Source of the DNA: Raillietiella orientalis
Taxonomy: Eukaryota
DNA: 64,000 nucleotides
Direction: 5' to 3'
Assembly (NCBI GenBank): GCA_036172245.1
Contig: JAYWIR010000006.1
Coordinates: forward strand, 5,580,001-5,644,000
Every line of letters starts with the position of its first letter. Position 1 is the stretch's first letter. Below the pieces are notes generated by a model that was not told the DNA's origin, made no database searches, and worked only from the letters and a program-made list of their open reading frames with translations. Position numbers and translations under genes: made by a program. Below are positions 23,335 to 35,300 of this stretch, piece after piece.

Positions 23335-26300
23335 TGACCGAGTCGCCCCATGCAACCACTTACGAACAAAATGACGCGAAGCATTTTCGTGGCGCACACA
23401 GAGGAGCGATGGACTCTCGGACACTGCCCCACGAAACGCGCAGATTTCGACACACTTCATCCACACTCGCGCGCACGTGGATGCATGTATCGATTACGCC
23501 GATCACTTTAGCTTTTATAGAACCCACGGGAGAAGAGAACGAAGAGGAAAACAACAGCCCGTCTGCTTTTTGTAGGCTACGGGTAACCGTAACCATCGTG
23601 ATCATTGTTGCCGGATCCGGGAGAGGGATATCGATTAAACATTCGCGATGAGACAAAAGCGACGCGCAACCACGGCAACATCTAGGAGGTCCGGCAGTGA
23701 TCGTAGGGTAATTGACCGGACGTGCGGATCGGAACACCGTCCTGCGGGCAACCCTCCTCTCCCTTCCTCTCCCGATTCCCGGAGGATGGCTCCCCCCTTC
23801 GTCCCTGTTTTCTCCCTCGATGTCGCGGGAGTCGTTTCGGGAGACAGCTGGGAGCGCTTCATGCGCTGTGCTCGCTCCGTCGCGCGGGATCGTCGGAGAT
23901 GTTTTGCTCTCGCGTGGGCGGTGTGTGCTTTACTTTCCCTCAGTTCTCTCTCACGTTTCGGAACACAAACAAGCAAACAAAAATCACGTCCGCTGACCAT
24001 CGTCCCTTCCGGTTTTTTTTTTTTTTTTTTTGCACGCCGTTGACGCGAGTTTGCATCTTTCCGGAAGAGCAGGAAACATCGTGGGTCCGGAGGCAGCGGA
24101 GAACACTTCGACAGGTTGGGTGTATGCACGAATACGCGGGGCTCAGCGCACGAGTCTTCCCCCTCCCCCTCCGCCCCCCCTCCACGCATCTTTCGCGGCT
24201 GAGCACAACAACCTCTTCGACGACGGCGGCGGCGGCGGCGGCGGCGGCGAGGACGGCCCAACGAAAGCAAAACGAAAGAAATCGAAAGTCCACGCCGTTT
24301 CGTGAGGCGAGCGCCCGAAAGGGAGTTTGCCTGAGCGCCTGGAGGAGCTGCCGCATTTGGGGAGGGACCCCTCCCCTCTTTCCGGAGTGCAAAGGTGCTT
24401 TTCAGACGAGCGTTTGCATCCCCCCCCCCTCCTTCTTTTCTTTTGCGCAGAAGACGACGAGACAGACGCCTCCATCCTCCCTGGCTAGGGTCAGGCGACC
24501 TTAGCCCCGCCACTGCCGGACTGACGCGAGGCGGTGGCGCTAGGTCGATTGCCTCCCGGTGCCGCCCCTGGTCGGGGGAATGCCTAGGACGCGGCAGAAC
24601 AATCGGCGAAAAGGGAGAGGAGATGCTTCCGCTCCCGGATCCCGGAGAGGTGCAAGGGAGTTGCTCCACAGTTTTTTTTTTTTTTGGATTCCCCGTTCCT
24701 GCAGGACGGGTAGGGAGGGCGAGCTTCCGTTCCTGCTTTCCACTCTTCCGGCGTGCTCTTGGCGTCGTCCTTCTCCCCCTCTCAGCATCTCGGCGTCCCT
24801 CGGGAGATATGCTGCCGCGAGCGTCACCGGGAGAGCGCACTCACGCAGCAAACCTGCAGGGAAGCGTCGTGCGTGCGAGCGCCCCAGCGCGTACGGCCGC
24901 CGCCGCCGCCGCCGCAAGAATGCGGGAGAGGCGCAGTCGCTGGAGGGGGGGAGGGAGGGAGAGAGAGGGGGACACGCGTCGGTCCAGGGCTCCTCCGGAG
25001 GAGGCTGACGCTCCGCGGAGCATGAAGGCGGAGGCAAAGGGGGAGGGGGAGAGGACAAAAGGGACGAGCCTAGAAAGTGCTAGAGGGGAGGGAGACCCAC
25101 CCCTTTCGGACGGAAGGCTCCGGGTCCTACCGCCCCTCCGGGAGTTCCATCTCAGCCCTGACACCCCCCGGCGGACGGACGTGCAGCAGGAGGGGGGGAT
25201 CCGGAAGCCAGGCTTAGCGCGGGCGGCGGGGGCGCACTCCGCAAGGAAGAGACGTGCCGCCGCCGCCGTCGTCGTGGCAACGTGACATGCGGCGACAGCG
25301 AGGCGGCCACCCATCCTTCTCCTCCCCCTCCCCCCCCAACTGCGAGCGGTTCTCATGGGTGGTGGTCCCTACTCCCGCGAGAGTGGACCTCGGGCGTCTC
25401 TAGTGCTCGAGAAGGTTGCCCTCGGCGGCGCGCGCGCGCCACCACTGGCCAGCCTCCACCGTCGAGTCAAGGAGAGAGGAGAGGGGGGAGGTGTCCCCGA
25501 TGACCTATCGCAGAGGGCACGGTTGTCCCCTTTGCAATGCAGGACGGATGCCCCCTCGAGAGCGCACGCGTGCACAGGTGGCGGCGCGCTTATCGTCGTC
25601 CTTCAAGGCTCTCCGATAAAAGCCAAGGTCGTTCGCGATCACGTGGAAACGGGGCGCGCGCGCGCGCGCAGCGGGAGCGATGGTGGCGGCGGCGGCGGCG
25701 GCGGCAGAGGCAGCAGCAGCAGCAGCAGAGGCAGCAGCAGCAGCAGCAGCAGCGGCGGCGGCGGCGGCAAAGGCGGCCTCCGTCCCCGCCCGCCCGCCAC
25801 ATGTAGGTCACGCTCCGACCGGGGAGCGGAGGGGGAGAAGGGAAAAGGGAGAAGGGGAGGGAGAGAGGGGGAGAGCGAAAAGAGGGGTCTCCTGCAGCGC
25901 CCCGCAATCCTTTCTTCTCCTCTCATCTCGCTGACTGCTCGCCTCGCCCACGACCTTGACAAGGTCTTCGGACACGGGGGAGAACCCGCCGCCGCCGCCG
26001 CGAGGTGGCGGCGGCGACGGCGGCGAGAGAGCGAGGAGGGGGCGGCCGGAGCCCCTGCAGGACCGGCGATTCGCTGCTGCTGCCACTTTTTCTTTCTTCC
26101 TTTCTTCTTCCTTCGCCTTTTTTTTTTTTTATTCTCTCGCAAAACGCCGACGGGCAGTTGCGCGTGACGCGCTGGACCGAAAGGGGAAGGAAAGGGGGTA
26201 GAGGGGGAAAAACATCGAGCGAGGGAGGCGAAGGGAGGGCGAACGGGAAAGGGGCGGGGTCTCCCGCGAGGGCGAGTGAGCCGGAGGCGGTGGGAGGGGG

Positions 26301-29300
26301 GAAACGTCTCCCCTGGAAAGTGGCGCGGGAGAGGGCGACCGTCCCTTGGCCGGAAGGCGAGGCGGAGAGGGGGAGGAGGGGAGCACTCCGTCACCCCTTT
26401 CGCTCCTGGAAGAGCAGGCGCAGCCTCCCTCAAGGCCACGCCACGCGACGCGCCCTTTCTCCCTCGCTCGACAGGCCGGCCGGCGGGCGCTCGGGAGTAG
26501 GGGGGGGGGGGGGGGAGGAAGGGAAGGAGAGGGGGAGAAAGGAAGATCGGAAGGGAGGGATGCTTGGCGGGCGGGGCGGCGACTGCCGAGAAGGAGCCGC
26601 AGGTGCAGGGGAGCCGCTGCGGGCGCATCCAAGTGGGAAAACTGTAGAAGTGCTGAGGGGAAGTGGGCGAGGGATGGGAAAGAAGGGGGGGGGAGCGGCG
26701 AAGAAAGGGCGGGAGAGAAAAGATGGCCACAGTTGCCCGGAGAACACGTTCGCAAGTGTTGCGGGCGCGCGCACTTGTCGATGTGGGTGGAGGGGAAGGA
26801 GATGCAGCAGCTTCGGCTCTTCCGCCCCCTCCCTTCTTCACTGCACGCCCGCCGCCTCCCTCGGCCCCCCTCTCCTGTTGAGCTGCGCGCGCCCTCCCTC
26901 ACAGGGAGGCGACCCGCTGTGCCAGGAGGAGGCGCTCCGCTTCCCTCCTGCCCGCGCACGACGACGCGCGCGCGTTTTCCACCGGTCTCCCAGGGCAACC
27001 GGCTCGCGCTAGCGCGGCACTCGCTTACGGGGAGCTCGGCACGAGGAGGGGGAGAAGAAGGAGGAGGAGGAGGTGGTGGTGGAGGAGGAAGAAGGAGCTC
27101 GCAGGAGGTGGTGGGAGGGGCATCCTCGTCGCCGAGCAACCCCGAGGCCGCGCGCGGAATCCCATCCGTCATCATCGGGGAAGCAGGAGGGAGAGCGGGA
27201 GATCCGCGCGCTCCCCCGGACGACTCGCTCCGGCGGCGGCGCGTCACCCCCTCTTCCTTTTGCTGCTGCTGCTGCCGCCGCCGCCGCCGCCTCCTCCCCC
27301 CCTCTCCTCTCCCGCGAGGCGCGCGCGCCGGAGAAGTTCGCCGTGCCGCCGCTGCTGCACCTCGCCGCGCTTCTCTCCCGCGGAGACGCCGTCGCGCTCG
27401 CTCCGAGAGCGACGACGGAGCGGAATCGGCTGCGCGCCGCCACCGCCTCATCTGACATTGACGAACCCAAGGAGCCAACTTGCGCGCAGCAGAAACGCAA
27501 TGCGGTTTTCTTTTTTTTTTTTTTTTCCTCTTCCCTTCTTCTTCTTCCCGTTTCCCTTCTCACGGGAACACCCCATGCGTCCCGCATCAGCGCAGAAGAC
27601 GCAGCGAACGCGTGTAATGTTACCGGGAGGCGCGACGGGAACGCAGTTTCCGAAAATCTCGCGGATTCTGCGACCCCGACGCGCGGACAGCGAGCGGGTC
27701 GAGGATTGGGGAAGCCCCGCACCTGCCTGTCTTCCTCCCCTCCTCGAAGGGCTGAGCCCTTGGGCAGCTCGGCGCTCAACCGAAATCCAGGCGGGCGAGC
27801 GTCACGCCGACCGAAGTCTGTCGCCCGCTGTCGGAGGGGGAGTGGGGGAAAGGGGGATGATCGGGTCCACGAGAGCTTTCCTCCACATTGACCGGAGGGA
27901 GGAGCGGTCGCCAAGTGGAATGGGCGCGCTCGCCGCCGCTGACGCAACGATCTGCGCCGGCCGACTCCGCGAGCCTCTCTTCCGGTCGCGGCGGCAGACC
28001 GGTTCTCCAGAGGGAGGACGAATTCGGCGGAGGTGGAACACCTCCTGAGGGAACCTCCTTGCCGGGAGAGAGAGCGGGAGGAAGGGAAGGGGAAGAACGA
28101 GGGAGGGGCGGCGAAGGATGGGCGTGGAGGTCGAAGGATCTGTGGCGCGGCGGAAATTACTGGCGGTTTGTCTCTTCGCAGAGCTACCGTGCTATCCCCC
28201 CCCCCCCCCCCCCCCTCGAAGACAAAAAAGAAATAAAAGAGCAGCCGTGAGGGGGTGCGCACACGTCTCAGGAGCGGTGCACGGAAACTGCGCGCGCTCC
28301 CCAGCTGTGGTCGGAGGAACGCGTCGTGCGCGAGCTGGAAGCGCGCGCCCGCGCAACTGACCACATCTCGTCCGCTGATTCGCTTGGGGTCCCTCACATG
28401 ATTCCACGCCCACCCACCCCCGGGCTTTTGGGGGTCTTTTTTCATTTTCCCTGTTCTCCTTTCCTTCCCTATCCTTCCCCTCCCCTTTTGCTCCACGGAG
28501 CGCAGAAGGAACGCCAACTTCTATCCGGGAGAATGCTGAGACATAAGACACTGCTGGAGCCGAGTCTGACGACATGTGGGCAACATTCAACACTCCGAAA
28601 GGATGCAGAGGCTGTTCCTCCGCTGTTATTTTCGTTTTTCTTCCCAAATCGAGCGTTCAGAGCTTTTGTACAGGAACGACGCCTTCTGTTTCGCCTTCTT
28701 TTTCGTTACGGTCACAAGTCGAGAGGATCGCGTGGAGTGCGTGGGCAAAGACTGCGTCTCCTCCGGACAGACGCGCATCAGACCCCCCCCCCCCCCTCCA
28801 TCCAAACAAAAAAGGGAAAAGAGGAAAGAAAAGAACGCAACGAGTTGCTCGGGCGTTTCACAGGTGGTCGGGCGACGAATTCGAGAAGAGCCAAAAACCG
28901 GCGGAAAGCGTTCTTCGTATCCCCGAAGCGCTGGGGGCGGGCCGTGCATTTTTCCTTTTTTTATCAGCTTGCCACCAACTGCAACGGGGAAGGGGGGGGG
29001 GAAGGGGGGGAGGGGGCCAGCGAAGGTGATGACCATAGGGAGATCGTGACGCTTCCACTCTGCGTCGGATAAGCTCCAGATTTGCTCCTTTCGATCTTCC
29101 GAGAATACGGGAGAGGCAGCACGCGAATTCACTTTTTTCTCTGCAGCTGGCCGCCTGCGAACGAATTGGAAGCACCTCGCAACAGTTACGTGGGTGGAGG
29201 AGGACTCGGCAGCAGCAGCAGCAGCAGCAACGCTTCCGCGCGAGCTCTTGCAAACGACAACCGGAGCAAAGGAAAAGCAGACGAAAGTGGAGACACACGC

Positions 29301-31193
29301 GGGCACACGGCGAAACGCGTGACGGCGGCGCTGCCGCGTGCCGCTCGGGAACACTGCCCGCACCCCACCACTTCTCGCATTGTTGCGAAGAGGCGGAGGC
29401 TGCGCCGTTTCCAGGGTTGCCAGGGCACAACGCGAGCGGGAACGGGGAGGGGAAAAAAGCAAAAAAGCAAACGCGGGAGTTCTCGATGAGGCAGGTGCCG
29501 ACTGGGATCTGTTAAATGATTTGTGGTCCGGATGCTGCGTGATTTGATTTCTTTAAGATGTTTCCATGGAAGCGATTGCGAACGCTTCGGAGCTTCTCTC
29601 ACTTCTTTTTTTCGCTTGTTTCTTTTAAAAGAGAGGAAAAAAAGGCCATTGCACAGAACAGTGTACATTTTCAATGACCCAACAGTGAAGTCCCCCCCTC
29701 GCTCCCCCCCCCCCGAACTGCTGCTCCTCCTCCACTGTACAACAACAACAGCAACAACAAAATAGCGTCAAATGCATGTCGCCTCGAAATATATCAAACT
29801 CCACCTGCACGCGTGTCAGCTAGGAGTGCTTTCGCCAGTGAACTTTTTCTTCCCTCAACGTTTGCGAATTTTCTTTCTTTTAAATTAAATGAACACACAC
29901 ACACATCCGAGCGGCTGAAAGACACTGCACACATAGGCTGCACCAATTAGCATTTTTTCCCCCAAGGCCCAGGTTATCCACGAAATGTGCATTCGGGACT
30001 GCGAAATGGCGGACCGCATTTCGTCAGGCGTCGGCAGTGTACGTGGCCAGCTGATCGTATTTACCTAATTATTAGTTGAGGAATTTAATGCACGTACTCC
30101 GAGCACCTCTAATGTCTTACTAAGTCCGGCGGACGATCTCCCCCTGCCGCGCCTCGTCAAGAAGATATATTTCGCACCCCCTAATTCACTCAGAAATGAC
30201 GTCCCCGCATCTCGCCGCAGCAGCGAATGCCCTCGAGATGTGAGCCGAACATGGAAAGTGTTTCTGCAAACCCCTTTTATAAGGGATGGGGACTCGCCGA
30301 ATTCCTCGAGGAGGCGCGGAGGAGGAGGGGGGACGGGGGAGTTTGATGCGCGCGCTCTGCGGAGCTTCAAGAAGAGATAAAACCCATCACCGGCTGTTGC
30401 TGACTGGAGACGGGAGTAGAGCAGCCCGAGTCCCCGTGAGGGGATCGGCATAAATCCCCGAGGAAACGTTGAGGACGCTCCTCACGCGCCGGTGGGCATC
30501 CCGGAGCACGAGAAAGCGGTCAACTACCCTCCCCTTTCCTCATCCACCCTTCGGGAGCACCCTCTGCTTCTTCTCTCCTCTGCTGCTGCCGGCTCGAGAG
30601 TGGCTGGGGAAGCGGACCTCCTGCCGCCCTCTTCCGCCCGACCACGCGGGGAAGCGGGACAGAGTCCTGCTTTCCCCGGAACCGACCGTGGCAAGAAGAG
30701 ACGGATTTCGCGGCAGGATCGCCCTCGGGAGTTCCCGCCTCTCCCCCTTCGTCCCAGCCCCCCGGTTCCCCCAGCTCGCTGTCTCGCCGAGTGGGCGCGC
30801 GGGGGCGGGAGAGGAACGGGAGAAGGGATGGAGGGGGCGGATGAGGCGAAGGCTGCTACGTCCCGGTGGGTGCGTCGGAGGAGGAGGCGTCGATGCGCGT
30901 GCACGCAGCGATCGCTTTCTTTCCCGTGGGAAGAGCGGTCGCAGGGACTCTCCGGGCAGAGGGGGGAGGAAGAGCAAAGCGGGCGGGAGCGACCTTCCGG
31001 AGCGCGCGGAACCCTTCTCCTCTCCAGCTTCCGCTCCAGCATCCTGCGCCTCGGGAAAAAGGGGAATCTCCCAGGCCCCTCCCCTTCGTCCCCGTTCCCT
31101 CTGGCGCGCCGGGCTGCGAACGCATCCGTCTTCTTCCTCCCGAGATGACGCGACGAGAGGAGGAGGAGGGGCCCGAAATGCCCAGAGAGGGAA

Positions 31194-31225
<32 letters not shown>

Positions 31226-32320
31226 AATGACCAGGTGAGAGAGGATCCTTGCCGCGGGCGAGGAAAAGAAAGAAAGAAAGGAGGAAAAGAGAAAAAGAAA
31301 GCTCTGCGCCGGCGCTCTCAAGGACACGGGAAGAAGATGAGACGCCGGACGGGCTGCGCTCAGTGCCCCACTGGGGTCATGGGAGGGTCTCCTACGAGTT
31401 CGCGCGCGACCCCGAAATCTAGCGGAACAGGGGGAGAGGGCACTCCGGAAAGGACCCGGGAGGCAAAGGGAGAACCCTCGTGCGCGAAAAGACCCTTCCG
31501 TTCCCCCCCCCCTTCTCCAACGCAGCCCGGTTGCCCGACTACCCCTCGCCCGCCTCTCCCTCTGGCCGGTGGAGGGGCGGAAGGGAGGGGGGGAGACCCG
31601 CCCGCAGCAGCGGTCGGAGGCTACGCACCTCGCGTTTCCGCCATCCCGGCGGGAAGCCCTGGCGGCGCGGGATGCGGGCGAGCGGGCTCCGGGAGCAGCG
31701 CTGCAGCGGCGCGCGGAACCCAGGCGAGCCCGCCCGCCGAGGGAAGGGCGGAAGAGGAAGGAAGGGGACGGGGGAGGATCCTCCCTGAAGGCGGGAAGGC
31801 GGCGAGATGAGCCACGCCCTCTCACCTTCCAGCCGGCGGAGCTGTTGCTGTCTCCCTTGTCCTTGAAGTAGGGGATGTTGTGGACCATCCAGTCGTAGAT
31901 CTGGGAGAGGGTGAGGCGGTACTCCGGAGAGCTCTGGATGGCCTGTGTGATGAGGTCGGCGTAGGACAGGTTGCCCCAGGCGTTGCGTCGGCTCGAATTC
32001 TTCTTGGAGGCGGTGGCGGCCGGGGCGGCGGCGGGTCCGTCGGACTTGGTGGCGTCCCCGACGCCGTGCTGCTGATGCTGTGGGGAAGGCTGGAGGAGGA
32101 GCAGCCGGCCGCCGCCGCCGTTCTCGTCGGGCTCTGCGACCACCGCGTCCTCGGGCTTGGGCAGGGGCCACGTGTTGGCACGCGACCGCTGCTGCTGCTG
32201 CTGCTGGCCGGCCGGCGGCGGGTCCGCGTCAAGGACCCGCACCAGCGGGCCCAAGTGGTGGTAGCCGGGGGAGGGCTGCGGGAGGGGCACGGGGGGACCG
32301 GGGGAAAAGGGCAGGTCCAT
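17927..32320 (-). CDS. FoxO: Forkhead box O transcription factor, copy A, complete 3-exon CDS, 611 aa
   Basis: Exons 32320-31826, 19817-19080 and 18529-17927 are all phase 0 and join in frame. The forkhead domain is split at the usual GWK|NSIRH intron position. Three Akt motifs (RSRANT, RRRATS, RQRTNS), a basic NLS, a C-terminal FoxO transactivation motif [13 protein letters not shown] and a terminal SWVR are present. Confidence 0.96.
19080..19817 (-). CDS. FoxO: FoxO copy A coding exon 2 (246 codons)
   Basis: Branch-like CTGAC and acceptor TTCCAG, then [61 protein letters not shown]. Donor CAG|GTGCGT at 19079. Confidence 0.93.
21130..21149 (+). promoter_or_regulatory. CTCF-like motif
   Basis: TGCAGCCCACCAGGAGGCGC resembles the CCACYAGRKGGCGC core. 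A single match in GC-rich DNA. Confidence 0.3.
25682..25769. repeat. Compound (GGC)n/(GCA)n trinucleotide tract in FoxO A intron 1
   Basis: Directly visible GGC and GCA runs within a CpG-dense stretch. Confidence 0.9.
31826..32320 (-). CDS. FoxO: FoxO copy A coding exon 1 (165 codons)
   Basis: ATG in context CCCGCG-ATG-G. Encodes [12 protein letters not shown] ... [55 protein letters not shown]. Donor GTGAGA at 31825. Confidence 0.96.
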
Positions 32321-35300
32321 CGCGGGGGGGGGGAGGTAGGAGCGGCCGACGGCGGCCCTGCTCCTCCTGCACTCGCTCGCCCTCTTCCTGCTTCAGGAGG
32401 CGCCCGTCAACGCGCGCCTAGCGTGGCCGCGTCGGCGCCGCACCGGAAGAACTTCCTCCGGGACGCGGCTGTGGGAGGCCTCCTCCTGGAAGAAAACGCG
32501 TTTGAGGGCGCGCCATCCCTGAGCCTCCCAGCAAGCGCCCCGCGCGCAGTAGAGAGAGAGAGAGGGAGGGAGGGCGACCGGGACTGTTCCCTTCGCGAGT
32601 GAGCGCGCGCAGCCCAAGTGCGTGCGCGCTCCCGCAGGAACGAGCCGCCCACCTCCTCCCGTCTGCAGCGCGCACTGGAGAACGCGCAGCAGCCCGGGGT
32701 CCGGCTGCTCCCTCTGTGCTCCTTCCCCACCCTCGCTTCCCTCTCCCTCCCTTTCCTTCCTCCACCCCCTCGAAACGGCTGTGCGTGCGCGCACGCGCAA
32801 GGAGAACGGTCGGAAAGGGAGAAGCCAGCCGAAGGGAACGTGAGCGCCGGGAGCACATGTTTTCCCGGGCAACGGCCGTCTCCTTCCTTCCCCGTTTTCC
32901 TCAAGTGCAAGCAGAGGAGCCCCTTCGCGACCTCCACTTCCCGAAGCTAGGGTCACCACCGGACAGAAGGGAGGCGATCGCTTCTTTATCTTCGCGGGAG
33001 AGGTGACTTCGTCATCTGCCTCCCTCCCACCTCCCTCCCTTTTTTTTTTTTCTTTTTCCTCCTCTAGGAAGAGTGGTGGTGAGCCACGGGTGGTAAACAG
33101 GGACCCAAAAGGCGGAGGGGTCCGTCAGGGCAGGGGGGGAGGGAGGCAGCTGCCGCGCCCCAGCCATTCCCGAGGAAGATCCTTCCCGACGCGAAGACAC
33201 TCTGCTTACGCGAGAGGACGAATGGTACCTTTTTTCCTATCGCCGTCCTCGTCCTCGTTGCCGCTGCTGTCTTCGTCTTCGCCAGCAGTCGCGGCAGCAC
33301 TGGTCATCCACCGGCCCGGTCGCCTCTCCGAGCAGCGAGGTCACCGCCTACTGCTGGCCGATCACGGAAGGTGCCCGCGCGAACACTGGAGGCATTTCGC
33401 CAGCCAATCGGAGATACCACGGAGCGACCTGTCGGGAAGCGCGGACCGCACGCAGGAGGCTCGCCGGTTGCGCATTCACTACTGCGCGGTTCCACCGCTC
33501 GTTGCGAACTCGTACGCAATCCGCACGCGAGCGCGCGTGTAACGGAGACTGGAGCAGGCCAAGTAGGCGACGTCTCTCCGGGCTGCCTGCCTGCCTGCCT
33601 GCCTGCCGCTCGGGCTTTTGCCGGGCTGCAGCAAACTTTTGCCGCGAGCGCGCCGTGTCATCGCCGCTGTCCGATCCTGGATCGAGTGATGCTGCGCAAC
33701 CGGGAAACAAGGGGAGAGGAGCGGCGGTCGGTGCAGTGACTCGGGTGGGAATGAGTTTGTAAAGAGGGAGGGAGGGAAAACACGTAGGCAACCCCTCCCC
33801 CTTTCCCACCCACCCACCCCCCCCCAAAAAAAAAAAAAAAAAAACGTACACATACGGAAAGAAGAAGAAAAAAGGCACACACACACACACACACACGATA
33901 CTTCTGGAGAGTTGGCGTGTGCTTTTTCCACTGTGTCTTCTGCAGGGGGTCTTATGCTTTCTTCGCACGCGCACAGAAGCTCTGTGCCAAACTGAAGCGT
34001 CCGTACGGGCACATCGCGTGCACGCCCTAGGCTAGGAGCCTAGGCTAGGCGTATTGTTGCGGAAGCGCGCGTCTCCGACCGACGCAACAATGATTTGCGG
34101 CGACATGCACGGGCGGCAGCGGCGTGGAAGTTTTCTTCCCTTGCTTTTCCACCGCCACCACCACTCGCCCTCCTCCTCCCCGCTCCGTTTTCCAGAGGCC
34201 AAGACGAAAGAGGGCCGGGCGACCTTTCCTGCTTCGGTTTTCCCATACCTCTCTGCCACGAGACGGCAGCGGCGGGATTCTGCGTCCGCCCTGGCTCCTC
34301 GGTTCGTTTTCATTCCGCTCGCGTGAGCCCCAGCAGCGCTCCGCCAAGTTCGCTCGCATCTCCTGCTCGCACAGTACTCCCCTACTTCGCGCGAGGGGAG
34401 GGGAGGAGGGGGGGGGGAACATGGGCTCTCCGCCGTGCTCACGCACGCCTCGCGCTGCCCATAGCGAACCCTCCAGCGAATTTTCCCGGGTAGCGGTGCG
34501 AGGTCGAGAGCCGCGCGTGCGTGTCTTCTAGCCGGAGACGAAGGAGGCAGAGCAGTGTCTCCCTCCCGAGTACGACTGTGCGGAACAGTCTGCGTTTATC
34601 ATTATTTTTCGTGTTTTTTTTTTTTTTCGAATGGCAAGCCGCGTCGTAAGTCAACCCGAGGTTCGCGATGCTTACCGCCGCGTCACGCGCTCTGTCGGCG
34701 GTAAGCGGTACTACGCGCGCAGCAGAATGCATTACGGCGAGCCTACGGTGGGAGTAGGGAGGAGGTGGTGCAGAGAGAAATGGCAACTCCCCTGCAGACT
34801 CGGGAAGAAGCAGCGCAGAGTGCTGGGCTGTTGCGACGTGTGGTTCGTAGGTGGGTGTGCTCGTTCCCCCCCCCCTCGCCCCCCCTCCCTCCCTCATCTC
34901 CCCGAGGAGGTGGAGATTCGATTTAATTTCCAGCGATCGTCGCTGGCGGACTTGCGGCAGGCACGACGCATCCCTGCGAGGTGCGCCTTCGCATTCCGCC
35001 CCGTTGCGCCTCGCAGTTGTGTAACGCGAACTGAGTATGCTGCGCTTGCCGAGGCAGCATGCGGTATCACCTCTCCCGTGCCATTTCCTAAGAGATAAGC
35101 GAGGGTCCAAGTGGGAAACGCTCTCAGAATGCCATTTCATCCGTTTGCAACCCAAGAATCCTCTCATTACCATCCTCTGCCGACGACATCGCTGCTTCCC
35201 TTACCTTGAATGCCAGAGACGAGTGCTGCTCGCAGCGTGATGTAATTGGGTGAGGCTGTTGGTCCGTTGCGCAGGCTCGCGGCTAGGAAGAGATCTTCAG

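Noticed and set aside
20000..31800. Many long overlapping ORFs (300-500 aa) on both strands, e.g. 27009..28517 and 26129..27478
   Set aside because: Low-complexity R/G/P/A translations in several frames at once, as expected from stop-poor GC-rich intron DNA; no recognisable domains.
30524..31825. 598-aa ORF continuing past the FoxO A exon 1 donor
   Set aside because: Homology ends exactly at GWK|GTGAG, the conserved intron position; the remainder is read-through into intron.
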